Notes under the pieces: generated by a model
Databases searched by the model: none
Told to the model about the DNA's origin: nothing
What the model saw: the letters and a program-made list of their open reading frames with translations, nothing else
From: Candidatus Fervidifonticultor tertius
GTDB lineage: Bacteria; Sysuimicrobiota; Sysuimicrobiia; Sysuimicrobiales; Humicultoraceae
DNA length: 64,000 nucleotides
Direction: 5' to 3'
Assembly: GCA_031459235.1 (NCBI GenBank)
Contig: JAVKIY010000004.1
Location: 14,448-78,447 of the forward strand
Made by a program: the position numbers and the translations under genes
Shown: one piece after another, positions 15,291-24,790 of the stretch
Layout of the letters: the number at the start of each line of letters is the position of its first letter
How positions within the stretch are numbered: the first letter of the stretch is position 1

Positions 15291-17083
15291 CCCGCCGCCG
15301 TTCCCGTCGCCCGCCCGGGCGGACGCCTCCACCCGGGCGGCGCGCCTTTCCCCGGGCCGCCGAGGCCGAGGCCGAGCACCAGCGCGTGATCCGCCAGCGC
15401 GCGACCGCGCTCTTCATCTTGCTCGCGCTGGCGCTCGCGGGGCTGGGCGCGCGGCTGGTCTCACTGCACGTCGTGCAGGCGGGGGCGCTGGAGCGGATGG
15501 CGGCGCGCCAGCAGACCGGCGAGTTCCTCATCGAGCCGCGCCGGGGTCGGCTGCTCGACCGCTGGGGCCGGTCGCTCGCCGTCAACGTGGACGCCGAGTC
15601 GATCTACGCGGTGCCGTCGCGCATCGCCGACCGGCGGGCGTTCGCGCGCGCCGTGGCGCCGGCCATGGGCCTGCGCGCTGACGACGTCCTCAGCCGGCTC
15701 GTCCCCGACCGCCACTTCGTGTGGCTCGCGCGCAAGGTCGAGCCCCAGACCGCCGCCGCGGTACGCCGGCTCGGGCTGGGGGAAGGCATCGGGTTCCTTA
15801 CCGAGCCGCGCCGGCAGTATCCCAACGGCACGCTCGCGGCCCACGTGCTCGGCTTCGCCGGCATCGACAACCAGGGGCTCGCTGGCGCCGAGCTGGCCTT
15901 CGACCACTACCTCCGCGGGCGGGCCGGGCTGGCGCGCGTCGAGCGCGACGCGATGGGCAGGCCGCGCCTCGAGACGCGGACGATCGTCCGGCCTCCGGTG
16001 GACGGCGCCGACGTCGTGCTGACCATCGACCAGGTCCTTCAGCACATCGCCGAGCGCGAGCTCGACGCGACGCTCGCGACCACACGCGCGGCCTGGGGCG
16101 CAATCGCCATGCTCGACCCGGAGAACGGCGAGGTGCTGGCCCTTGCCGTTGCGCCACGGTTCGATCCGAACGCCTACGAGCGAGTCCCTCCCGAGCGCTG
16201 GAACAACCCGGTGCTCGCCCACACCTACGAGCCCGGGTCCACGTTCAAGGTCGTGCTCGCCGCCGCGGCGCTTGACGCGGGCGCGGTGGACGCGCACGAG
16301 GTCTTCCGCACCGGCGGGAGCCTGCGCGTGGCCGGCGGGTACGTGATCCGGGAGGCGCGTGGCCGCCGGTTCGAGCGCCAGACGCTGGCCGACGTCATCC
16401 GCAACTCGTCCAACGTCGGTGCGGCCATGATCGCGACGCGGCTCGGCGTGCGGCGCTACCACGACGCGATCCGGCGGTTCGGTTTCGGGGCGCCGACCGG
16501 CATCGACCTCCCGGGCGAGGCGTCGGGGTTGGTCCCGCCGCCCGAGCAGTGGCGCGGCGCGGTGCTCCAGACCGCGGGATTCGGGCAGGGCGTCTCCGCG
16601 ACGCCGCTGCAGGTGCTGGTCGCGGGTGCCACGCTGGCGCGCGACGGGCTGCTGGTGCGCCCGCGCGTGCTCCGGGCCGTGCGCGACCCCGATGGCCGCG
16701 CGATCGAGGTGCCGGCGCCAGCGGCGGGGCCGCAGGTCGTCGCGCCACAGACCGCGCGCCGCGTGCTGGCCATGATGGTCGAGGCGGTGGCGCACGGTGG
16801 CGGCACCCAGGCGGCAATCGACGGGTATCCGGTCGCGGGCAAGACGGGTACCGCGCAGAAGCCCTCGCCCGCGGGCGGCTACCTGCCGGACTCCTACGTC
16901 GCGTCGTTCCTCGGCATCGTGCCCGCCGACCGGCCCCGCCTGGCCGTGCTGGTGCTGCTCGACGATCCGCGCGGCGAGTACTTCGGCAGCGTGGTGGCGG
17001 CGCCGTTGTTCCGCGCGGTCGCCTCGCAGGCGCTGTGGCACCTGCGGGTGGCGCCATCGCAGGCGCCCACGGCGGCGCGCTAG
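15287..17083 (+). CDS. ftsI: penicillin-binding protein 2B / FtsI-type transpeptidase
   Basis: A TM anchor (ALFILLALALAGLG), a PBP dimerisation region, then the transpeptidase motifs STFK (EPGSTFKV), SSN (RNSSNVG) and KTG (AGKTGTAQ). ATG 15287 overlaps the ftsL stop. Confidence 0.9.
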   Translation: MTRRRSRRPPGRTPPPGRRAFPRAAEAEAEHQRVIRQRATALFILLALALAGLGARLVSLHVVQAGALERMAARQQTGEFLIEPRRGRLLDRWGRSLAVNVDAESIYAVPSRIADRRAFARAVAPAMGLRADDVLSRLVPDRHFVWLARKVEPQTAAAVRRLGLGEGIGFLTEPRRQYPNGTLAAHVLGFAGIDNQGLAGAELAFDHYLRGRAGLARVERDAMGRPRLETRTIVRPPVDGADVVLTIDQVLQHIAERELDATLATTRAAWGAIAMLDPENGEVLALAVAPRFDPNAYERVPPERWNNPVLAHTYEPGSTFKVVLAAAALDAGAVDAHEVFRTGGSLRVAGGYVIREARGRRFERQTLADVIRNSSNVGAAMIATRLGVRRYHDAIRRFGFGAPTGIDLPGEASGLVPPPEQWRGAVLQTAGFGQGVSATPLQVLVAGATLARDGLLVRPRVLRAVRDPDGRAIEVPAPAAGPQVVAPQTARRVLAMMVEAVAHGGGTQAAIDGYPVAGKTGTAQKPSPAGGYLPDSYVASFLGIVPADRPRLAVLVLLDDPRGEYFGSVVAAPLFRAVASQALWHLRVAPSQAPTAAR

Positions 17084-17098
17084 GCGCGTCGCGGCGCG

Positions 17099-17109
17099 TA
17101 CTATAGAAT
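17099..17109 (+). promoter_or_regulatory. AT-rich -10-like element (TACTATAGAAT) in the ftsI-murE gap; possible internal dcw promoter
   Basis: It is the only AT-rich patch in the 53-nt gap. TAGAAT (17104-17109) lies 27 nt upstream of the murE ATG. No good -35 is present (TAGGCG at 17081). Confidence 0.25.
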
Positions 17110-17136
17110 GAACGGGGACCGGGCGGAGGTGACCGG

Positions 17137-18627
17137 ATGGAGCTGCGCGCGCTGCTGACGGAGCTCGACGCGCCGTCGGTGGTGGGCGACGCCGGCTGCC
17201 ACATCCGCGGGCTGGCCTACGACTCCCGGGCGGTCGAGCCCGGGTTTCTGTTTGCGGCGCTGCGGGGTCGGGCGCACGACGGACATGCCTTCATTGACGA
17301 AGCCGCCGGGCGGGGCGCCGTCGCGGTGCTCGTGGATCGGCCGACCGCCGCGCCGCCGGGCGTCGCGGTCGTGCGGGTGGCCGACACGCGGCGGGCGCTG
17401 GGACAGGTCGCCGCCGCGCTCGCCGCCCACCCCTCGCGCCACCTGACGGTCATCGGGGTGACCGGCACCAACGGGAAGGGCGCGACGACCTACCTGATCG
17501 AGGCGATCCTCCGCGCGGCCGGGCACCCGTGCGGAATCATCGGTACCATGGGCGTTGTGATCGGGGGCGAGGTCACCCCGTCGGCGCGCACGACGCCCGA
17601 GGCGCCGGAGCTGCAGCGCGCGCTGACCACAATGGTCGCCCGGGGTCAGGCCGCCGTTGCCGTGGAGGTCGCGTCCCACGCGCTCGCGCTCGAGCGCGTC
17701 GCCGGGACGCGGTTCCGTATCGGCGTGTTCACCAACCTCACGCGCGACCACCTGGACTTCCACCAGAGCATGGAGGCGTACCGGGCGGCGAAGGCGCGGC
17801 TGTTCGCCGGACTGCCCGCCGAGGGCTGGGCCGTGCTCAACGCGGACGACCCGGCCGCGGCCCTGATGCGGCGCGTCACGCGGGCGCGCGTGGTCACCTA
17901 CGGGGTCCACGCGGCGGCGGACGTGCGCGGCCGCGACATCCGGCTGCGCCTGGACGGGACCGAGTTCATCGCCGAGACGCCGGCGGGCACCACGCCCATC
18001 CGGCTGCGGCTGGCCGGCGGGTTCAACGTGTGGAACGCGCTTGCGGCGGTGGCGGTAGGTCTCGCCCAGGGTGTGCCGCTGACAACGATCGCCGGCGCGC
18101 TCGAGGCGATGCGCGGCGTGCCGGGCCGGTTCGAGCGCGTCGAGGAAGGGCAGCCGTTCGCCGTGATCGTGGACTACGCGCACACGCCCGACGGTCTCGA
18201 GAACGTGCTGCGCAGCGCCCGCGAGGTCGCCGCCGGGCGGCTGATCGCGGTCTTCGGTTGCGGCGGCGATCGCGATCGTCCGAAGCGGCCGCTCATGGGA
18301 CGGATCGCGGGGGAGTGGGCCGATGTCGTCATCGTCACCTCCGACAACCCGCGCTCCGAGCCCCCACAGGCGATCATCGCGGAGATCCGGCCGGGCGTGG
18401 AGGCCGCAGCCGCGGCGCGCGCCGCGGCCGGGCGGCCGGTGCGCGTCATCTACGAACCCGACCGGCGGCGCGCGATCGCGGCCGCGGTGGGCGAGGCCGG
18501 CCCGGGCGACCTGGTGCTGATCGCCGGCAAGGGCCACGAGACCTATCAGGAGATCGCGGGCGTGCGCCATCCCTTCGACGACCGCGAGGTCGTGCGTGAT
18601 GTGTTGCGCGCCCCGGCCCGGCCGTGA
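17137..18627 (+). CDS. murE: UDP-N-acetylmuramoyl-L-alanyl-D-glutamate--2,6-diaminopimelate ligase
   Basis: Mur ligase P-loop GVTGTNGKGATT, the DNPR motif (TSDNPRSEPP) typical of meso-DAP-adding MurE, and GKGHE near the C-terminus. RBS GGAGG lies 8 nt upstream. Confidence 0.95.
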   Translation: MELRALLTELDAPSVVGDAGCHIRGLAYDSRAVEPGFLFAALRGRAHDGHAFIDEAAGRGAVAVLVDRPTAAPPGVAVVRVADTRRALGQVAAALAAHPSRHLTVIGVTGTNGKGATTYLIEAILRAAGHPCGIIGTMGVVIGGEVTPSARTTPEAPELQRALTTMVARGQAAVAVEVASHALALERVAGTRFRIGVFTNLTRDHLDFHQSMEAYRAAKARLFAGLPAEGWAVLNADDPAAALMRRVTRARVVTYGVHAAADVRGRDIRLRLDGTEFIAETPAGTTPIRLRLAGGFNVWNALAAVAVGLAQGVPLTTIAGALEAMRGVPGRFERVEEGQPFAVIVDYAHTPDGLENVLRSAREVAAGRLIAVFGCGGDRDRPKRPLMGRIAGEWADVVIVTSDNPRSEPPQAIIAEIRPGVEAAAAARAAAGRPVRVIYEPDRRRAIAAAVGEAGPGDLVLIAGKGHETYQEIAGVRHPFDDREVVRDVLRAPARP

Positions 18628-20021
18628 GCGTGCGCCTGGAGCTGGCCGACCTGCTCGATGCGACCGGCGGCCGCCTGGCGGTGCCCGCGGGCTGGGTGCC
18701 GCCCCCCGTCGTCACCGGCGTCGCGACCGACAGCCGGCTCGTGGAGCCGGGCGACGTGTTCGTGGCGTTGCGCGGGCCGCGGACCGACGGGCACCGGTTC
18801 GTGGCGCAGGCGATGGAGCGCGGCGCGGTGCTCGCCGTCGTCTCCGAGGCCACGGCGGCCGCGGGCCCGGCGCTCGTGGTGGCTGACACCCTGCGCGCGC
18901 TGGGCGCGATCGCCGGGGTGCACCGGCGTGCCCTGCCCGTCACCGTCGTCGGTGTCACCGGCAGCGTCGGGAAGACGACGACGGTGACGTTGTGTGCGCG
19001 CGTGCTGGAGACCCGCTACCGCACCGCGCGGTCGGCCGAGTCGTGGAACGCCGAGATCGGTGTGGCGCTGACGCTGCTGGGCCTGCGCGAGGCGCACGAG
19101 GTCGCGGTGGTGGAGATGGCGATGCGCGGTGCGGGCCAGCTCCGCGAGCTGGTGGCCATCGCGCGGCCGCGCCTGGGCATCGTGACCAACATCGGGGACG
19201 TGCACCTCGAGCTCCTCGGGTCGAGGGAGCGGATCGCCGAGGCGAAGGCCGAGCTCCTCGAGGGCCTGCCCGCGGACGGCGTCGCCATCGTGAACGCCGA
19301 CGATCCCTACGCTCCGCGCCTGCTGGCGCGCGCGAGGTGCCGGGCGGTGCGCTTCGGGGTCGGGCCGGATACCGAGGTGCGAGCGAGCGACCTCGTCGGT
19401 GACGCCGGGGGCTCGACCTTCACGCTGCACACCGGGGAGGCCGCGGTGCCGGCCCGCCTGCCCCTGGTCGGCACCCACCAGGTGCACAACGCGCTGGCCG
19501 CCGCGGCCGCGGGGTGGGCGCTGGGCCTCGACGCCGCGACCATCGCTGCGGGCCTCGCGCGCGCGCAGCCGGTGAAGATGCGGCAGACCGTCATCGCCGC
19601 GGGCGACCTCCTCGTCCTCGACGACACGTACAACGCCGGGCCGCAGTCGATGGCCGCGGCCTTCGAGGTGCTCACGCGGATCGCTGGGACGCGGCGCCGG
19701 GTGCTGGCGCTTGGCGAGATGCTCGAGCTCGGGCCGGCCTCGCCGGCCTTCCACCGCGAGGTCGGGCGTCAGGCCGCCAGTCTCCAGCCGGCCTATCTCC
19801 TGGCGGTCGGCCCGAACGCGCGCTGGTACCTGGACGGGGCGGCCGCCGCCGGGCTGGCGCCGGGCGCCATGGCATGGGTGCCGACCGCGCCCGAGGCCGC
19901 GACGGTCCTGCGGCCGGTGCTGCGGGCAGGCGACGCGGTGCTCGTGAAGGGGTCGCGCGGGATCGAGATGGAGCACCTGGTGGACGCCCTGCTGGACCGG
20001 GCGCCGGCGGGCAACCGATGA
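18624..20021 (+). CDS. murF: UDP-N-acetylmuramoyl-tripeptide--D-alanyl-D-alanine ligase
   Basis: Motifs GVTGSVGKTTT, DDTYNAGP and VLVKGSRG. The GTGA overlap with murE fits its dcw position. Confidence 0.95.
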   Translation: MSVRLELADLLDATGGRLAVPAGWVPPPVVTGVATDSRLVEPGDVFVALRGPRTDGHRFVAQAMERGAVLAVVSEATAAAGPALVVADTLRALGAIAGVHRRALPVTVVGVTGSVGKTTTVTLCARVLETRYRTARSAESWNAEIGVALTLLGLREAHEVAVVEMAMRGAGQLRELVAIARPRLGIVTNIGDVHLELLGSRERIAEAKAELLEGLPADGVAIVNADDPYAPRLLARARCRAVRFGVGPDTEVRASDLVGDAGGSTFTLHTGEAAVPARLPLVGTHQVHNALAAAAAGWALGLDAATIAAGLARAQPVKMRQTVIAAGDLLVLDDTYNAGPQSMAAAFEVLTRIAGTRRRVLALGEMLELGPASPAFHREVGRQAASLQPAYLLAVGPNARWYLDGAAAAGLAPGAMAWVPTAPEAATVLRPVLRAGDAVLVKGSRGIEMEHLVDALLDRAPAGNR

Positions 20022-21001
20022 GCTGGGCGGCGGCGCTCCCGGAGATCGCGCGCTACGCGGCGGCACTCGTTCTCGCGGCCGGGACCGTGGTGCTGGCCGC
20101 GCCGCGCGCGATCGCGGCGCTGGCCGCGGCCGGCCAGCGGCAGCGCATCCGGGAGGACGCGCCCGGCCGCCACCAGGACAAGGCCGGGACACCGACGATG
20201 GGCGGCCTGCTCATGATCGCGGCGACGACGCTGGCCGCACTGGTCGTCGCGGGGCCGGACGCGCGGGTGCTCTTCGGCCTGGCGGTGCTGGCCGGGTTCG
20301 GCGCGATCGGCCTGATCGACGACCTGCGGGCGATCCGGCTCGGCCGCAACCTGGGCCTGCGGGCGCGCGAGCGGCTGGCGCTGCAGGCAGGCCTCGCGCT
20401 CGCCCTCGGCGCAGCGGCGACGGTCGTCCCGGGCACGAGTTCGGTCGTGGCGGTGCCGGGCGTCGGGCCGGTCGACCTCGGCCGCGCGTACATCGTGGTG
20501 GCGGCGCTGCTTGTCATGGGCTTCGCGAATGCAGTCAACCTGACCGACGGGCTCGACGGCCTGGCGGCAACGCTGGTACTGGTCGCCGCCGGAGGCTTCC
20601 TGGCGATCGCGGTCGCGCGTGACCAACCGACGGACGCGGTGCTGGCCGCGGCCCTCGCCGGTGCGTGCGCCGGATTCCTGCCCTTCAACCGGCACCCGGC
20701 GCGCGTCTTCATGGGCGACGTGGGCTCCAATGCGCTCGGCGCGGCGCTGGCCGCGCTGGCGATCCTGGCCCGGGCCGAGGCAGCGCTGTTTGTGATCGGC
20801 GGCGTCTTCACTGCCGAGGCCGCGTCCGTCTTCCTCCAGGTCGCCTACTTCAGGGCCACCGGCGGTCGGCGCATCTTCCGCATGAGCCCGCTGCACCATC
20901 ACTTCGAGCTCGTCGGCTGGTCCGAGCCCGCGATCGTGCGGCGGTTCGTGCTGGCCGGTGGGGTCTGCCTGGTTCTCGGGCTCATGGTGGCGCTGCCGTG
21001 A
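20018..21001 (+). CDS. mraY: phospho-N-acetylmuramoyl-pentapeptide transferase
   Basis: Motifs KAGTPTMGGLLMI, NAVNLTDGLDGLA, FMGDVGSNALGAAL and SPLHHHFEL. ATG 20018 overlaps the murF stop. Confidence 0.95.
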   Translation: MSWAAALPEIARYAAALVLAAGTVVLAAPRAIAALAAAGQRQRIREDAPGRHQDKAGTPTMGGLLMIAATTLAALVVAGPDARVLFGLAVLAGFGAIGLIDDLRAIRLGRNLGLRARERLALQAGLALALGAAATVVPGTSSVVAVPGVGPVDLGRAYIVVAALLVMGFANAVNLTDGLDGLAATLVLVAAGGFLAIAVARDQPTDAVLAAALAGACAGFLPFNRHPARVFMGDVGSNALGAALAALAILARAEAALFVIGGVFTAEAASVFLQVAYFRATGGRRIFRMSPLHHHFELVGWSEPAIVRRFVLAGGVCLVLGLMVALP

Positions 21002-22488
21002 CCGGCGCGACGCGGGCGCGCGTCGAGGCGGTGGTGGCCGGGCTCCGCGGCCGCCGCATCCACGTGCTCGGCCCGTCGGGTACCGAGGGGTCGTCGGTGC
21101 TGGACTTCCTCGTCGCGCACGGCGTCGGACCGGTCGTCGCTCACGACCTGGAGCCACCGGAGCGCTTCGCTTTGACGCTGGAGCGCACGCACCCCTGGCT
21201 CGATGCCGCCGGTCGCGCGGCACTGCTCGACCGCCTGCGGGCCGCGTCCGTGACCTGGCGGCAGGGTGCGCGTTACCTGGAGGGCATCGAGGAGGCGGAG
21301 GTGATCTTCGTCCCACAGTCCTGGCGCCGCCACCCGCAGAACGCGCGGGTGCGCGAGGCCGCCGAACGCGGCGCGCGGTTGTCGAGCCTGACCCACCTGT
21401 TCTTCGAGACCTGGCCCGGTCCGATCGCGGGCATCACAGGCACCAACGGCAAGTTCACGGTGGCGACCCTGCTCGCCGCGATGTTGGAGGCCGCGGGCAT
21501 CCCTCACGTGGTCTCCGGCAACGACCGCACCCACACGCCGGCACTGTACCGGCTCGACGTGGCGAGCCCGCGGACGTGGCTCGTGCTCGAGATCAGCAAC
21601 CGGCAGCTCGTGGACCTGCCCTACAGCCCGCGCCTGGCCGTGGTCACCAACATCGCGCCTCACCACCTGGACGACCACGGCACCATGGAGGCCTACGTGG
21701 AGGCGAAGCGGACGATCGTGCGGCACCAGACCGCCGCCGACGCGGCGGTGCTCAACGCCGACGATCCGGCCGTGGCCGCGTTCGCGGACGGTCTGCCCGC
21801 GACCGTGCACTGGTTTAGCCGCCGGGGGCCTGTCGCGCGGGGCGCCTTCGTGCGTGACAGGACGATCGTGCTCCCGGACGCGGGGCCAGTGCTGTCGGTC
21901 ACCGCGCTGGCCGTCCCGGGCGCGCACACCGTCGAGAATGCCCTGGCCGCCGCCGCGGCGGCCGCGGCCGCGGGGACCCCGGTCCATGCGATCGCCGACG
22001 CGCTGCGCGCGTTCCGCGGCCTGCCCTACCGGTTCCGCCTGGTGGCCGAGCGCGACGGCGTCCGCTTCTACGAGGACTCGCTGGGCACCAACCCGACCTC
22101 TGCCGCGGCCGCCATCGCGGCGATGGACCGGCCATTCCACCTGATCGCCGGCGGGCTGCGCAAGGGTGCGCGGCCCGAGGACTTCGCGCCGATGGTCGCG
22201 GCGCTCGGCCCCGCGCCCGTGCGCGGCGCCTACCTGATCGGCGCCACCGCCGCCGTCCTGGCGGAGGCGATCGGCAAGGTGGCGTCGAGGCCGCCGGTGG
22301 TGGCGGCCGGCACGCTCGAGGCCGCGATGGCCGCGGCCTGGGCAGCCGCCGTCCCGGGCGAGGCGATCCTGCTCTCGCCGGGCTGCGAGAGCTTCGACCA
22401 GTTCGCTGACTACCGCGAGCGCGGGGACCGGTTCCGCGCGCTCGTCGGGACGCTGCCGCATCGTGCCGGGGAGCGCGCCGCCCGATGA
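20998..22488 (+). CDS. murD: UDP-N-acetylmuramoylalanine--D-glutamate ligase (atypical N-terminal domain)
   Basis: dcw position, Mur ligase P-loop GITGTNGKFTVATL, central and C-terminal ligase blocks (NIAPHHLD, YEDSLGTNP, LLSPGCESFDQF.DY..RG). GTG 20998 overlaps the mraY stop. Confidence 0.85.
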   Translation: MTGATRARVEAVVAGLRGRRIHVLGPSGTEGSSVLDFLVAHGVGPVVAHDLEPPERFALTLERTHPWLDAAGRAALLDRLRAASVTWRQGARYLEGIEEAEVIFVPQSWRRHPQNARVREAAERGARLSSLTHLFFETWPGPIAGITGTNGKFTVATLLAAMLEAAGIPHVVSGNDRTHTPALYRLDVASPRTWLVLEISNRQLVDLPYSPRLAVVTNIAPHHLDDHGTMEAYVEAKRTIVRHQTAADAAVLNADDPAVAAFADGLPATVHWFSRRGPVARGAFVRDRTIVLPDAGPVLSVTALAVPGAHTVENALAAAAAAAAAGTPVHAIADALRAFRGLPYRFRLVAERDGVRFYEDSLGTNPTSAAAAIAAMDRPFHLIAGGLRKGARPEDFAPMVAALGPAPVRGAYLIGATAAVLAEAIGKVASRPPVVAAGTLEAAMAAAWAAAVPGEAILLSPGCESFDQFADYRERGDRFRALVGTLPHRAGERAAR

Positions 22489-23663
22489 GCGCGCGCATCG
22501 ACGTCCTCCACCGGCGGGCCGGCGATGCCTACCTGTTCGGAACGGTGCTGGCGCTGCTGGCCGTCGGGCTCGTCATGGTCTACAGCGCGAGTAGCGTGGT
22601 CGCCTACGATCAGCTCGGGGACAGCGGCTACTTCCTCAAGCGGCAGGCGGCCTGGATCGCGATCGGCCTGACGGCGATGTGGCTCGCCGGCCGCATCCAC
22701 TACCGGCGGCTGCGCCGCCTAGCGGTGCCCCTGCTCGTCGTGGGCCTGGTGCTGCTGATCGCCGTGCTTCTCCCCGGCGTGGGACGCGTGGCCGGCGGCG
22801 CGCGCCGCTGGCTTCAGGCGGGGCCGTTCAGCTTCCAGCCGGTGGAGGCCGCCAAGCTGGCGTTGCTGGTCTACGTGGCGCACTTCGCCGCGCGGCGCGG
22901 GCTGGGCGTCCGCGACCTGGCGCGCGGCGTCGCCCCGCCGCTGCTCGTCACCGGGATCGCGGCGGCGCTGGTGCTCCGGCAGCCCGATATGGGATCGGCG
23001 ATGATGCTCGTGGCGGGCACGGTGCTGCTGCTGTTCCTGGCCGGTGCCCGCGTCGCCCACCTGGCCGCGCTGGCCGTCGCGGCCCTCCCCGCAGCGGCCG
23101 TCGCGATCGTCGCCGCCGACTACCGCATGCAGCGTATCCTGGGTTTCCTCGATCCGTGGAGCGACCCGCAGGGCGCGGGCTTCCACGTGATCCAGTCGCT
23201 GCTCGCCTTCGGGTCCGGTGGACTGCTCGGGGTGGGGCTGGGCGCGAGCAGCCAGAAGTTCTACTATCTGCCCGAGCGGCACACCGACTTCATCTTCGCG
23301 ATCGTCGGCGAGGAGCTCGGCCTGCTGGGCACCGGCGGGCTGCTGGCGCTGTTCGCGCTGTTCGCCTACCGCGGCTACCGCATCGCGCGCGCGGCGCCGG
23401 ATCGGTTCGGCGCGCTGCTCGCCGCGGGCATCACCGCGACGATCGTGGGCCAGGCTGCCCTCAACATGGGGGTGGCGACCGGGCTGCTGCCCGTCAAGGG
23501 CGTGACGCTGCCGTTTGTCAGCTTCGGCGGGACGTCGCTCATCATGACCCTGGTGCAGGTGGGCATCCTCTCCAACATCTCGCAGTACGCGCGCCTGGAG
23601 GCGCGCGAGGCGGCGCGCCGGCTGCCGGCGCGGCCACCCGTGCGGGCCTGGGGCGCGTCGTGA
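22485..23663 (+). CDS. ftsW: SEDS family peptidoglycan polymerase FtsW
   Basis: About 10 TM segments with [23 protein letters not shown] and [21 protein letters not shown]. Its position is between murD and murG. Confidence 0.9.
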   Translation: MSARIDVLHRRAGDAYLFGTVLALLAVGLVMVYSASSVVAYDQLGDSGYFLKRQAAWIAIGLTAMWLAGRIHYRRLRRLAVPLLVVGLVLLIAVLLPGVGRVAGGARRWLQAGPFSFQPVEAAKLALLVYVAHFAARRGLGVRDLARGVAPPLLVTGIAAALVLRQPDMGSAMMLVAGTVLLLFLAGARVAHLAALAVAALPAAAVAIVAADYRMQRILGFLDPWSDPQGAGFHVIQSLLAFGSGGLLGVGLGASSQKFYYLPERHTDFIFAIVGEELGLLGTGGLLALFALFAYRGYRIARAAPDRFGALLAAGITATIVGQAALNMGVATGLLPVKGVTLPFVSFGGTSLIMTLVQVGILSNISQYARLEAREAARRLPARPPVRAWGAS

Positions 23664-24790
23664 GGATCGTCATCGCCGGAGGTGGCACCGGCGGGCACAT
23701 CTACCCGGGGCTCGCCATCGCGGAGGCCCTGCGCCGTCGCGCCCCTGACGTCGAGGTGCTGTTCGTTGGCGGGCGGCGGCTGGAGGCGCACGTCGTGCCG
23801 GAGGCGGGCTGGCCGTTCCGCGCGATCGCGGGGCGCGGCCTGCCGCGGCGCGCCTCGGTCGGGGTGATCGCGGCGCTCGCGGCCGCGGCGCTCGGCGGCG
23901 CGCAGGCCCTGGCCCTGCTGTGGCGGTGGCGGCCGGATGCCGTGGTGGCGACCGGCGGATACGTCTGCGCGCCGGTGGGCGCCGCCGCTGTGGCGCTCGG
24001 CGTGCCGCTGGTGCTACAGGAGCAGAACGTTCGCGCCGGGCTGGCCAACCGCGTGCTGGCGCGGTGGGCGCGGTGGGTCTCGCTGCCGCATCCCGAGGCC
24101 GCGGCGTCGCTGCCCGCGCGCGCGGCCACCGCGACCGGGGTGCCGCTGCGCCAGGGGGCTCTGCGCGGAGACCGCGCGCGCGCCCAGGCACGCTGGGGGC
24201 TGGAGGCCGACCGGTTCACGGTGCTGGTGCTCGGCGGCAGCCAGGGTGCGCGCAGCCTGAACGCCGCGATCTGCCGGCTCGGCGACCTGCTGATGTACGA
24301 CGCCCGGCTCCAGGTGCTCCACCAGACCGGCGCGGCCGACCTGGAGACCGTACGGCGCGCGATCGGGCACCGCGAGCACGTGGGCCCGCCCGCCCTGCGT
24401 CACCTGGCCGCGGCGTTCCTCGACCCCATCGGGGACGCCTACGCGTGCGCAGACCTGGTCGTCTGCCGCGCGGGGGCCTCCACGCTGGCCGAGGTCACCG
24501 CGTGGGGTCTGCCCGCGATCCTGGTGCCCTACCCGCACGCGGCCACCGGGCACCAGGACGACAACGCCGCGGTGCTCGCGCGCGCCGGCGCCGCCTTGGT
24601 CATCGCCGACCATGCGCTCGCCGGCACGGCCCTGCTGGAGGCCGTCAGAGCGCTGCTGGACAATCCGCCGCGCCGCGCCGCGATGGCCGCGGCCAGCCGG
24701 GCGCTCGGCCGGCCAGACGCCGCCGACGTGGTGGCCGGCCGTGTGCTCGCGCTCGCACGGGCCGCGCGTGGAGAGGAGGTGCCGGCGTGA
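23660..24790 (+). CDS. murG: undecaprenyldiphospho-muramoylpentapeptide beta-N-acetylglucosaminyltransferase
   Basis: Motifs VIAGGGTGGHIYPGLAIAEAL and RAGASTLAEV..GLPAILVPYPHA...HQ..NA. GTG 23660 overlaps the ftsW stop. Confidence 0.95.
   Translation: MRIVIAGGGTGGHIYPGLAIAEALRRRAPDVEVLFVGGRRLEAHVVPEAGWPFRAIAGRGLPRRASVGVIAALAAAALGGAQALALLWRWRPDAVVATGGYVCAPVGAAAVALGVPLVLQEQNVRAGLANRVLARWARWVSLPHPEAAASLPARAATATGVPLRQGALRGDRARAQARWGLEADRFTVLVLGGSQGARSLNAAICRLGDLLMYDARLQVLHQTGAADLETVRRAIGHREHVGPPALRHLAAAFLDPIGDAYACADLVVCRAGASTLAEVTAWGLPAILVPYPHAATGHQDDNAAVLARAGAALVIADHALAGTALLEAVRALLDNPPRRAAMAAASRALGRPDAADVVAGRVLALARAARGEEVPA

Noticed and set aside
16158-16170. GGTTCGATCCGAA, a perfect tRNA T-arm-like motif
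   Set aside because: It lies in frame inside the PBP gene (encoding PRFDPNAY). No flanking acceptor, D or anticodon stems can be drawn. I found no tRNA elsewhere in the window.
22679-23659. Long N-terminal extensions of track ORFs. Example: the 703-aa ORF 22679..24790 for murG. The same applies to 14861-15286 (ftsI), 19514-20017 (mraY), 20665-20997 (murD), 23920-24786 (murC), 29147-29221 (ftsZ), 30301-31398 (ABC-2 permease) and 44874-45233 (ileS).
   Set aside because: The extensions lie out of frame inside the preceding, well-supported gene and translate to Arg/Pro/Gly-rich sequence. In each case a start codon overlapping or just after the upstream stop gives an N-terminus that matches the family.
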